Assembly: GCA_963713605.1 (NCBI GenBank)
Contig: CAVQMO010000001.1
Location: 960,001-1,024,000 of the forward strand
DNA from: an uncultured Nitrososphaerales archaeon
Lineage (GTDB): Archaea; Thermoproteota; Nitrososphaeria; Nitrososphaerales; Nitrososphaeraceae
Direction of reading: 5' to 3'
Length of the DNA stretch: 64,000 bases
The translations under genes and the position numbers were made by a program. How positions within the stretch are numbered: the first letter of the stretch is position 1; every line of letters starts with the position of its first letter. A model generated the notes under the pieces. It was not told the DNA's origin. It ran no database searches and saw only the letters and a program-made list of their open reading frames with translations. Shown piece by piece: positions 32,169 to 41,590 of this stretch.

Positions 32169-32278
32169 ATATTCTGTGAGGCCTTAATTATGGCCTAAGG
32201 ATGCGAACGTGTATGTTTTATTGGTGGCTAAGCAGGGAGTAAGTAATATATTTACTTGTACAAAGTACGTTCACTGGT

Positions 32279-33100
32279 ATGGGAAGGATATTTTCAGAAG
32301 TAAGCGAGAGCGAAATCACAAGAACAATAACTTCGATGTTTAATGATACACTGCAGGAATATTCTCAGACAGATGTAATCGTGATTGGTGCAGGTCCAGC
32401 TGGCCTGACTGCTGCCAGGGGGTTAGCTAATAATGGGATAAAAACATTGGTGATTGAACAAAACAATTACCTTGGTGGCGGATACTGGGTTGGAGGTTAC
32501 ATGATGAATCCTGTTACCGTAAGAGCACCTGCTCAAATGGTTTGGGAAGAATTGGGGGTTCGGTATAAAAAAATAAATGATAGCTTATACGCAACTTGGG
32601 GTCCGGAGGCATGTTCTAAGCTCATTGCCGCAGCATGTGAGGCAGGAGTTCGCTTTTTGCAACTTACAAAGTTTGATGATTTGGTTCTTAAGAACAAGCG
32701 GGTAGGTGGCGTTGTTGTAAATTGGATGCCGGTCTCAGCACTTCCAAGAAATATTACATGTGTGGACCCTATTGCCCTAGAAAGTAGGATTGTAGTTGAT
32801 GCCTCTGGACACGATTCCGTTGCAGTCAAGAGATTAATGCAAAGGGGTTTAGTTGATTGGAAAGGGATGGACCCGATGTGGGTAGATGGGGGAGAAGATG
32901 CAGTAGTAGAAAACACCGCTGAAATATTCCCGGGACTAGTGGCGACGGGCATGTGTGTGACGGAGACATATGGTCTGCCTAGAATGGGACCGACGTTTGG
33001 CTCTATGCTTCTATCTGGAAAGAAGGTTGCAGAAATCGTAACTGACAAACTAAAAGGACTATCTGAATTTCCAAAGGTTAAGGTAAAAAACGCAAAATAG
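32279..33100 (+). CDS. thi4: Thiazole biosynthesis enzyme Thi4 (Cys-type)
   Basis: GAGPAG, GGGYWVGG, ITCVDP, DASGHD, PRMGPTFGSMLLSG. Confidence 0.95.
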   Translation: MGRIFSEVSESEITRTITSMFNDTLQEYSQTDVIVIGAGPAGLTAARGLANNGIKTLVIEQNNYLGGGYWVGGYMMNPVTVRAPAQMVWEELGVRYKKINDSLYATWGPEACSKLIAAACEAGVRFLQLTKFDDLVLKNKRVGGVVVNWMPVSALPRNITCVDPIALESRIVVDASGHDSVAVKRLMQRGLVDWKGMDPMWVDGGEDAVVENTAEIFPGLVATGMCVTETYGLPRMGPTFGSMLLSGKKVAEIVTDKLKGLSEFPKVKVKNAK

Positions 33101-33465
33101 TAAATACAGACCTAGTAGTGAGATATAACAGAGCCGATTAATTCGACGAATGGTCTCACCTTCTAGCATACAGATAGCCTATCCATTTTTATTCTAAGGA
33201 ATATTACAATTGATTTTCATTTCTCCATCTTTTGGTGATGCGCACCAATACCACATGAAGAGATTGGGTAACCAAATCGCATCAATTTGAGCTCTATCGA
33301 AGACCTTAGGTCAGGGCAGCCCATGTCGTGTCAATAAGACCTCGGTGGATCTATTATCGATACAACTGTTAGTATGCTACCCACGGTCTTACGCCAACGA
33401 CGCATACGACAAAACTTCCGAACGAATTATTAACAGGTCGGGTAATCCTTAGATCCTAAAAATCC

Positions 33466-34443
33466 ATGTCCAATGATCCTCGCAGAGGCGAAAACATCTC
33501 TTCTCACAGACCAGAGACATACGAAGTAATAATTATAGGATCCGGACCAGCAGGTTATACCGCTGGGGTTTATACGTCCAGAGCTAAATTGAATACGCTC
33601 CTAATATCAGGATCTTTGCCCGGAGGACAGCTGATGACGACAAGTGAAGTGGAGAATTATCCTGGATTTCCAAATGGAATTTTCGGCCCTGAATTGATGA
33701 TGAACATGCGCCAGCAGGCAGAAAGATTTGGGGCTAAACTTTTAGATGATGAAGTAATGGAGGTCGATTTCAAAAAGAGGCCTTTCGAAATTAAGACCCA
33801 TGGCCAGGAGTTTCGTTGCGAGTCGGTTGTTATATGTACCGGGGCATCACCGCGAAAGCTGGGCTTAAAAGCCGAGCAAGAGTTCGCAGGTAAAGGTATC
33901 TCATACTGCGCAACCTGCGATGGACCGTTTTTCAAAGGAGAAGATATTGCGGTCGTAGGTGGGGGCGATACCGCAATTGAAGAAGCAACCTTCCTTACTA
34001 AATTTGGAAAATCAGTTAAAATAATACATAGAAAGGATTTCCTGAGGGCTAGCAAGATTCTCCAAGAAAAAGCCTTTGAGAACCCCAAGATTGACTTTGT
34101 CTGGGATCATGTGGTATCCGATATTAGCGGCAATAAGAAGATCAACAGTATCTCTGTCAGAAATCTTAGAACTGGCGAGGAAAGGAAGATACCAGTTGGC
34201 GGCCTTTTTGTTGCGATAGGTCACGAACCGAACACATCTATATTTAAGGGCCAACTCGAGCTCGATGATAGAGGTTATATCGTTCTAACTAAGAATACTA
34301 GAACAAGCGTTGATGGGGTATTCGCAGCAGGCGACGTGCATGATCACAGGTATCGTCAGGCGATCACGGCTGGAGGGTTTGGGTGTATGGCGGCGTTAGA
34401 CGTCGAAAGGTGGCTAGTGGGGATTCGAGGTACAGGACTATAA
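33466..34443 (+). CDS. trxB: Thioredoxin-disulfide reductase
   Basis: GSGPAG, CATCDG, GGGDTA, AAGDV. Confidence 0.97.
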   Translation: MSNDPRRGENISSHRPETYEVIIIGSGPAGYTAGVYTSRAKLNTLLISGSLPGGQLMTTSEVENYPGFPNGIFGPELMMNMRQQAERFGAKLLDDEVMEVDFKKRPFEIKTHGQEFRCESVVICTGASPRKLGLKAEQEFAGKGISYCATCDGPFFKGEDIAVVGGGDTAIEEATFLTKFGKSVKIIHRKDFLRASKILQEKAFENPKIDFVWDHVVSDISGNKKINSISVRNLRTGEERKIPVGGLFVAIGHEPNTSIFKGQLELDDRGYIVLTKNTRTSVDGVFAAGDVHDHRYRQAITAGGFGCMAALDVERWLVGIRGTGL

Positions 34444-34477
34444 TATTCATCGGTTCCTTATTGCATTTGGTTTGAGG

Positions 34478-35486
34478 CTAATCGGCATCGAGCGCGAGCG
34501 ACGGGAGATGCTCTGACTCGGCCAATAATTTTGTAATCTGACTCTCGTCGAACAATTTCAATTGTTGATAAAGAGTCTTGAATTTCCTACCGTCGTCCGC
34601 AAATATGCCTACAATAGAGCCTCCGCTCTTCATTCCTTGTGAAATCTTTACCATGGCCGACATCACTGCACCAGTCGAGGGCCCAACAAATAGCTTTTCT
34701 TTTTCAGCCAATTCTTTTACCATCAAAAATGATTCATCGTTGGTGGCTGTAAACCATTCATCAGCTACATGTTTCCTTCTAAGGAAAAGGTCTGGCATAG
34801 CGGATTCTTCAAAATTCCTCAAACCTTGCAACAAATGATTTCTTTGTGCTTGTACCGCTATGACACGGATATGTGGATTATTTTCCTTCAGAAACGTCGC
34901 TGTGCCAGTGATGGTTCCTCCAGTCCCGCACCCAGTAACAAAATGGGTAACAGTACCGTCGGTTTGTTCCCATATCTCAGGTCCTGTTGCTTCATAATGA
35001 GACAAGAAATTCAGCTTCATTTTCGTATTGATTAGGCATGTAGTATATATCAGGCCTAGGTTTCGAGATAGCCTTCGCAAGGGCTATACTCTGATCAGTA
35101 CCTGCTCCTACCCTTGGGCAAAGATCATCTGTAGTTTCATGTAAACTAGCTCCCAATTTCTTCAAAAGTGATTTGGTCTCTTGACTGACTTTTTCAGGAA
35201 TAACTATCTCAACCTTATAGCCTAGAGCTGTGGCAATCCCAGCCAGAGCGATTCCAGTATTACCTGAGCTAGGTTCGATAATGATACTAGAATCCTTTCT
35301 AAGTAATCCTTTCCTTTCACCATCCTTGATCATCCAATACGCGGGTCTATCCTTTACTGACCCAAATGGGTTGTACCACTCGAGTTTGGCATAGAACCTT
35401 ATGTATTTGGTTGAAAAGGAAGAAAGTTCTACGAGTGGAGTGTTTCCAATACGTTCAGCAACTTTCGCTTGAGCTAAAGTGGCCAT
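34478..35486 (-). CDS. cysM: PLP-dependent cysteine synthase family protein (apparent frameshift ~35010)
   Basis: GNTPL, NPFGSVKDR, EPSSGNTG, NQYEN, GCGTGGT, GPSTGA. Confidence 0.9.
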
Positions 35487-35490
35487 ACTT

Positions 35491-35739
35491 CTACTTTCCT
35501 TTTTTTATCATAAATTCCAGATCTGGTTTGATCAGGTTTACTGAAAGCAACTCGTGACCATTCCTATTGACCCATCTTGAAATATCTTCTTCAGAAGCAG
35601 GATCGTCAGCGATTACTTTGATTATCTCCCCTTTGGCAAGTCGTTCCATCTCTATTTTGGTTCTGAACACCGGCTCAGGGCAATATAACCCCCTCACATC
35701 AATTGTCTTTGTCGGAGCAATGTCACTTTTGGCACTCAA
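35491..35739 (-). CDS. tusA: TusA/SirA-family sulfur carrier
   Basis: IDVRGLYCPEP, ADDPAS..DI..W. Confidence 0.92.
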   Translation of the reverse strand: MSAKSDIAPTKTIDVRGLYCPEPVFRTKIEMERLAKGEIIKVIADDPASEEDISRWVNRNGHELLSVNLIKPDLEFMIKKGK

Positions 35740-35806
35740 GGAATAAATTAATTTGAGTTCTCAAGATATTAAATGTTTAGAAACATTCTGACAACGTAGG
35801 AATCTT

Positions 35807-36574
35807 TTATCGAAAAAGGTCATGAGCACTGTCCCTCACTAGCGACTTGGTGGAACTGGTTTCAGTAAAAGAAAATTTATAGCCTCTTACTATTGCTATA
35901 GGCACCTTTTCAGTCTTACCCATTACGAGTTCTGCGGCTGACGCAAGTTCGTCAGCGACTGCAATTTCAGTAATCCTGAGAATATTGCCGTACATATCAG
36001 TTCGCCCTATATCACTCTTTATCGAATCTATACCTGACACTCCAATCGCAACATTTGTCTGTCCCAATCTAAAAGGCCTTCCAAATGTATCTGACACTAT
36101 AACGGCAATATTCATGCCAATCGACTCAGCAATTGCTTGTCTTATTCGTTTAGCAGAGAGATCTGGATCTTTGGGCAACAACAATACAAAGTCGTCTCCA
36201 GGACTACTTACGTTACTTTGATCTATTCCAGAATTCGCACAAATAAACCCATGTCTTGTTTCGGTGATGATCAGATTTTCCGAATACCTAACCAAATTCC
36301 TGGACTCCATGAGAATTGATTCTACAAATCGAGGATCCTTCTTTGTCTTCCTGGCTAGTTCCAGTGCGTGGTTCGACGGTTTCACCTTCGATAGATCTAA
36401 AATTCGACCCTCAGATTTTGAAATAATTTTCTGCGTAACTACCACCACGTCATGATTCTTCATGGATATTTGATTTGCCTTGATTGTCTGCATTATTAAA
36501 CTGGCAATATCGTCACCTCTTGTTACATCCTTCTCCACGGGTATCGGTATAATTTGCAGGGGTTGGACTGACAA
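35807..36574 (-). CDS. cofE: Coenzyme F420-0:L-glutamate ligase
   Basis: QKIISKSEG, ANSGIDQSN, SDTFGRPFR, ADELASAA. Confidence 0.95.
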   Translation of the reverse strand: MSVQPLQIIPIPVEKDVTRGDDIASLIMQTIKANQISMKNHDVVVVTQKIISKSEGRILDLSKVKPSNHALELARKTKKDPRFVESILMESRNLVRYSENLIITETRHGFICANSGIDQSNVSSPGDDFVLLLPKDPDLSAKRIRQAIAESIGMNIAVIVSDTFGRPFRLGQTNVAIGVSGIDSIKSDIGRTDMYGNILRITEIAVADELASAAELVMGKTEKVPIAIVRGYKFSFTETSSTKSLVRDSAHDLFR

Positions 36575-36593
36575 TTATTTTGATCTGTAAAAT

Positions 36594-37244
36594 CTAGATA
36601 TTAGCTAAAACGGCTTTACCGAACCTTTTTTCAAGTAGATTTAATAGAAGCGACAAATCACGAATCTCAATAACCGCATCAGCACTTTCCCTTATTTTAT
36701 CTACTGGGCAAAATCCCACGGTAAAGCCTGCAAGGGCAAAAAGTTTTAGATCATTTGCGCCGTCAACCACAACAACTGTATCTTCTTTTTTAACACCCCA
36801 CTCCAGCAACACATCCTTAATCGCAGTTGCTTTATCAGAAGTTACTCTGACGTTGACATCTTGCAGGACTCCGTTGGAAAAGATCAGCTCATTAGCGAAT
36901 ATTCTATCTAGGCATAACATTTCTTTAAGCCTATCCGTGATTATGGTGAAGCCACCGGAGACAGCGATCAATTTCCACCCGGACCGTTTTAAGGCCTGAC
37001 ATAATTCTACAGCGCCAGGCATAATCTGTAGATTCTGGCCTATCTTCTTGGCATCGCTAAGTCGAATACCTCTTAACGCATGAACCCGTTTTATTAGACC
37101 TTCTTCCCAGTCTATTTCGCCGCGTATCCCCTGCTTTGTAATGTCCCAGATCTCCTTCTCCTTTTCTGGGCCCATAACTTGAGCCAGAACCGGAAGATAC
37201 TCTGCATTCAGAAGAACTCCTTCAACATCAAAGACGACAAGCAT
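36594..37244 (-). CDS. serB: Phosphoserine phosphatase (HAD family)
   Basis: FDVEGVL, VSGGF, DGANDL. Confidence 0.85.
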   Translation of the reverse strand: MLVVFDVEGVLLNAEYLPVLAQVMGPEKEKEIWDITKQGIRGEIDWEEGLIKRVHALRGIRLSDAKKIGQNLQIMPGAVELCQALKRSGWKLIAVSGGFTIITDRLKEMLCLDRIFANELIFSNGVLQDVNVRVTSDKATAIKDVLLEWGVKKEDTVVVVDGANDLKLFALAGFTVGFCPVDKIRESADAVIEIRDLSLLLNLLEKRFGKAVLANI

Positions 37245-37423
37245 CTTAGGAATATCAATCAGACCTCTAATTTTACTATATATTAATTTTGTTTAGAAAA
37301 AAACGTGTAGAAGGATCTCTACACCAGAGATATATTATTATTGAATTAAACATTCGAACAAATCATTGTTATCTGCCATTGAAGGAAAAGCATTATATCA
37401 TGAAATTACTGAAGCATGTATGA

Positions 37424-37717
37424 ATGAATGAAGAAGCGACGGTTGAGACTAAATTCCTAGTTCCCGTGAAACAAGTAGAAAAAACGGTAAAGTTATCGAA
37501 TGATTCAAAAAATGAACTCAAGAGCATTGGAATGATGGACGATAAAGGAAAGTTGAAATTGAAAGGTGTTAGTCCACGTATGCTGAGGCGTATGAAACTC
37601 GAGGCCGTAGACTGTCCTGTACTGCAATGTGAAGTTGGATTTATTCAATGTTATGTCTGTAAGAACTTTCACAGCCGAATATCTGGACAGGTGTACTGCA
37701 AAGGAGAGCCTTTATAG
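37424..37717 (+). CDS. Hypothetical protein with C-terminal Cys cluster
   Basis: 97-aa ORF; DCPV...QCYVC...YCKG. Confidence 0.7.
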   Translation: MNEEATVETKFLVPVKQVEKTVKLSNDSKNELKSIGMMDDKGKLKLKGVSPRMLRRMKLEAVDCPVLQCEVGFIQCYVCKNFHSRISGQVYCKGEPL

Positions 37718-37760
37718 GTCGCCAAAACTTCATAAATCGATTCTTATCTGCCTTTCATAA

Positions 37761-39223
37761 TTGAAGATACAAAAAGAATACGGGATTACGGCGAAGAAAG
37801 GTGACAATTTAAGCGATTGGTATAGCCAAGTTGTATTAAAAACAGATCTTATCGACTATGGTCCCTCAAAGGGATTTATAGTATTAAAGCCATATGGATA
37901 TTCAATCTGGGAATCGATAAAACAGATTGTTGACATTCGTCTTAAGGATTCTGGCCACCAAAATGCATACCTTCCAACTGTTATCCCTGAAAGTTTGCTA
38001 AGAAAGGAAGAAGTTCACTTCTCGGGATTTAATTCAGAAGTATTCTGGATAACCAAAGCAGGAGATAATCCACTACAAGAAAACCTCGCCTTGCGACCAA
38101 CTTCGGAAGCAATTGCTTATTACCTATTCTCTAATTGGGTTGCCAGTTATAAGGACCTTCCCCTGAAACTTAATTTTTGGAATTCGGCAATGAGGGCTGA
38201 AATAAAGTCCACAAAACCATTTATTCGGAATTCTGAATTTCTTTGGCAGGAGGGTCATACAGTACACGCACGAGCAGCAGAGAGGCAAAAGAGGAGGTTA
38301 GGTTTATACTAGATCTATACGAGAGGATTTTAGCAGATTATTTAGCCATCCCCGTTCTGAAGGGAACCAAAACAAGGAAGGAGAAGTTTGTTGGGGCGGT
38401 CGCGACTACTACGCTTGAAGGCATAATGCCAGATGGGAAGGCATTACAACTGGCTACTTCGCATAATCTCGGTCAAAATTTTTCAGTCCCATTTGACATA
38501 AAGTTTCTCGGTAGTGACAATCTAGAACATTTCGCCTGGCAAACCTCGTGGGGAATATCTTGGCGATTGATAGGGGCTTTCATTATGATCCATGGCGATG
38601 ATCGCGGGCTAGTCTTGCCTCCGAAAATCGCTCCAATTCAAGTGGTCATTGTTCCCATCCATAAGAAGGACCCGTCAAATCAGAATGTTATACCTAAATC
38701 AATGGAACTCGCATCGGAACTGACGAAGGCAGGAATAAGAGTGCATTTAGATACTCGGGATGAATTCACAGCAGGATGGAAATATAACGATTGGGAGAAA
38801 AAAGGTGTCCCCTTGAGAATTAATATTGGACCCAAAGAGGTATTGAGGGAAGAACTAGAAATCGTTAGAAGGGATACATTGCAGAAGGAGACAATTCCAC
38901 TAAGCAGTTTGGTTAAAAGGGTGACAGAATTATTGGATCTCGTTCATACTGGTCTCCTCAAAAAGGCGAGCGAGGCCCTTCGAAGTTGCATGGCCAACGC
39001 AAGCAGCTTTTACCAACTTAAAGAAATGATCCAGAAGCAAGTAGGTTTTGTTTCTGCAGGCTGGTGTGGTGACGAAAACTGTGAAGTTTCCATTAAGGAA
39101 GAAACGGGAGCGGACATACGGCTCATACCTTTTGAAAGCAATAAGACGTGGAATTCCACGCTCAGATGTATTTATTGCGGTAAAAAGGCAGAAACCATTC
39201 CGGTGTTCGCTAAAGCCTACTAA
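37761..39223 (+). CDS. proS: Proline--tRNA ligase, archaeal/eukaryotic type (apparent frameshift ~38270)
   Basis: LRPTSE, EFLWQEGHT, HNLGQNFS, SWGISWR, GVPLRI, C-terminal AKAY. Confidence 0.96.
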
Positions 39224-39328
39224 ATGCAAGCCCTTTCCGTGTAGGCTATCCCTGTTTGCTTTTGAAACCATTTGCAATACAGATTTTCTGAGGGCAACTA
39301 CTAGATATATAGGTCGTTAGCAGCTTTA

Positions 39329-39997
39329 TTGCGATTGACAACACTAGATTGGCTATTTTCTCTCTTTGATAGTTTTGGATATCTAGGTGTTTTCACAGCG
39401 AGCTTTATCGGAAGTATTATAGTATTTGTGCCCGTGCCCTATTTCCCTGTTTTGGTAGCGGCCGCGCTAAGTGAGCAATTAGACCCGAACTTGATTTCTC
39501 TGGTTAGCGCGTTCGGGGTTTTGCTGGCAAAAATGATAATATTTTATGCAAGTTATTATGGCCGGAGCGTTCTGAGCGACAAGACCAAACAAAGGATGTT
39601 CCCTCTTCAGAAAGTGCTTCGCAGGTATGGAGGATTGGGGGCATTTATAGTTGCCTTAACTCCGATACCAGACGATCTGGTATACATCCCTCTTGGGCTG
39701 GCAAGGTACAGTCCATGGAAATTTGCTATAGCTACGTTCACTGGTAAGTTCATACTTAATGAAATAATTGTATGGAGCTCTGTAATTTTAGGAAGGCCAT
39801 TTATTGAATCATTTATCTCCACAGATATAGATCCCCTTTACCTGACGCTTGGGATTATTGCGAGTGTTGCTGTATTAGTTATTATTGTATACCTTTCAAT
39901 TCGTTTGGATTGGGCGAGAGTAATTGGAAAGTGGTTTCCTTGGGCAGTAGATAGTTCAGATAATGACGATATTCCTAATCAGTCCAATTCGACTTAA
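39329..39997 (+). CDS. DedA/VTT (SNARE-associated) family membrane protein
   Basis: Multiple TM helices; ALTPIPDD...LGLARYSPWKF...GK motif. Confidence 0.85.
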   Translation: MRLTTLDWLFSLFDSFGYLGVFTASFIGSIIVFVPVPYFPVLVAAALSEQLDPNLISLVSAFGVLLAKMIIFYASYYGRSVLSDKTKQRMFPLQKVLRRYGGLGAFIVALTPIPDDLVYIPLGLARYSPWKFAIATFTGKFILNEIIVWSSVILGRPFIESFISTDIDPLYLTLGIIASVAVLVIIVYLSIRLDWARVIGKWFPWAVDSSDNDDIPNQSNST

Positions 39998-40394
39998 AAT
40001 AGAAGCGGTCGCATCATAGGTTTGATATGAATTGATGGAATGCCGAAACGAACCCAAGGGTGGTTAGTCAATAATTTAATTTCCATTTTAGGTTAAAGTC
40101 TTATCCTGCAAGTTTCCATGACATAAATTGCTGCCGGCACAAGAGTCTTGACTTTCCAAATATCCCTAAAATTCGAACTATCATAACTCTGATGGGATCA
40201 GCTCAATAACTTTATAACTGATACCAGAGATTTAAAATACATGCAATCAAAATCTCATCTCTATAGCCTATACCTGGCCGACCAAGGTTTACATTTACAA
40301 ACTAATAAGAAGTAGGAAAAATAAACGGGAAAACGAAATATCCGCCTGAAACCATATATCTTAGGAACAAGACCGTAAGAGATAGGATAGTCTT

Positions 40395-41216
40395 ATGGTT
40401 TTAAAAAGTTGCAAACGATAGACATTTTGAAGGCTGCCGCTTCTGAGGTTTTCAAGAAGACAAGAAACCTTATTGGTAGGCCAGAAAGCGCCGTGACATT
40501 TGGAAGAGGCGCAGGAGGAGACCTGTCGTCGAAAATAGATTTGGTAGCAGAGAATGCAGGTACCGAATACCATTAGAAAGACTTGAGTTTAGGCCGACAG
40601 TGATTGGAGAAGAGTGCGGCATAATTAAGGGCGGCGATGGTTACTTGGTTATGGACGCCGTAGACGGAACGACTAATGCTACGCGGGGGATTCCATTCTG
40701 CTGCCTGCTCACTAGCGTATGCAACTCATTTCAGCCTTAGTTCAGTGAGTGATGCTATCATAATTGATTTGAACACTGGGGACGTTTACGAATCCTCCGT
40801 AAATAAGGGTGCTTCCATGAACGGTGTCAGACTAAAGATTAATGATAATGATATTCGTGAAGGGGTCAAGGGGCAGAACGAACTTGTTGTCGGAGTTAAC
40901 ATTTCTGGTATGGGTGCCGACAGTATTGAAAAACTCATCAAGATCATATCGAAATGTTTGCACGTTAGACATTTGGGTGCAAACGCACTTGAACTATGTT
41001 TTTTTGCCCGAGGTCTTATTGACATGTATATTGATCTTCGAGGCAAAATAAGAGTGACTGACTTGGCGAGCTGCTTATTTAATTACTAAAGAGGCAGGAG
41101 GGATCCTATTTAACCCTCAAGGTAAATATCTTGACACAGATTTGTCACTCCATAATAGAATATCCTTTATTGCTGCAAAGAATAGAGAATTTTTGCGACT
41201 CTTACAAGAAGGCTAG
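40395..41216 (+). CDS. Inositol monophosphatase / FBPase family protein (multiple apparent frameshifts)
   Basis: GRGAGGD..RKIDLVAE, IGEE, MDAVDGTTN, RHLGANALELC, RVTDLA, KEAGG pieced together across frames. Confidence 0.85.
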
Positions 41217-41230
41217 GACAATATGTTCAG

Positions 41231-41333
41231 CGCCCGGGCCGGGATTCGAACCCGGGTCGAAGGAGTGACAGTCCCCCATACTAGACCGGACTTTACAGAG
41301 CTTATGAACGCAGCTCTTCTATACTACCCGGGC
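41231..41333 (-). tRNA. tRNA-Asp(GUC) with 28-nt non-canonical D-loop intron (~41291..41318)
   Basis: Reverse complement GCCCGGG TA GTATAG [AAGAGCTGCGTTCATAAGCTCTGTAAAG] TCCGGTCTAGTAT G GGGGA CT GTC AC TCCTT CGAC CCGGG TTCGAAT CCCGG CCCGGGC G. Confidence 0.92.
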
Positions 41334-41503
41334 GCGCAAACTCAAGCAGTGAATCTAAAATACTAATTAAAAACGTTTTGCTTGTTGATTTGTAACATGA
41401 GAAAAAAGGAATTCAGGGTACTTATCACCTTATGAATACTCAGGTTGCATGTGCTCATTAGTATATGATTAAATTATAGCCATGCAAAGCCTAACTGTTA
41501 GGT

Positions 41504-41590
41504 GGGCCCGTAGCTCAGCCAGGTAAAGTACCGGACTTTTAACACGTGAAAGAAATCCGGCTGTCTCGGGTTCGAATCCCGACGGGCCCG
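41504..41590 (+). tRNA. tRNA-Lys(UUU) with 13-nt canonical 37/38 intron (41542..41554)
   Basis: GGGCCCG acceptor stem; CCGGA CT TTT A [ACACGTGAAAGAA] A TCCGG; TCGGG TTCGAAT CCCGA T arm. Confidence 0.93.

Noticed and set aside
32170..33465. TPP riboswitch flanking thi4
   Set aside because: The conserved CUGAGA...ACCUGA core was not found upstream or downstream.
15204..39223. Calling cysS, aRF1, rpoP, psmB and proS pseudogenes or programmed frameshifts
   Set aside because: These are essential genes with intact motifs, and I saw no shared slippery sequence at the breaks; consensus error is more parsimonious.
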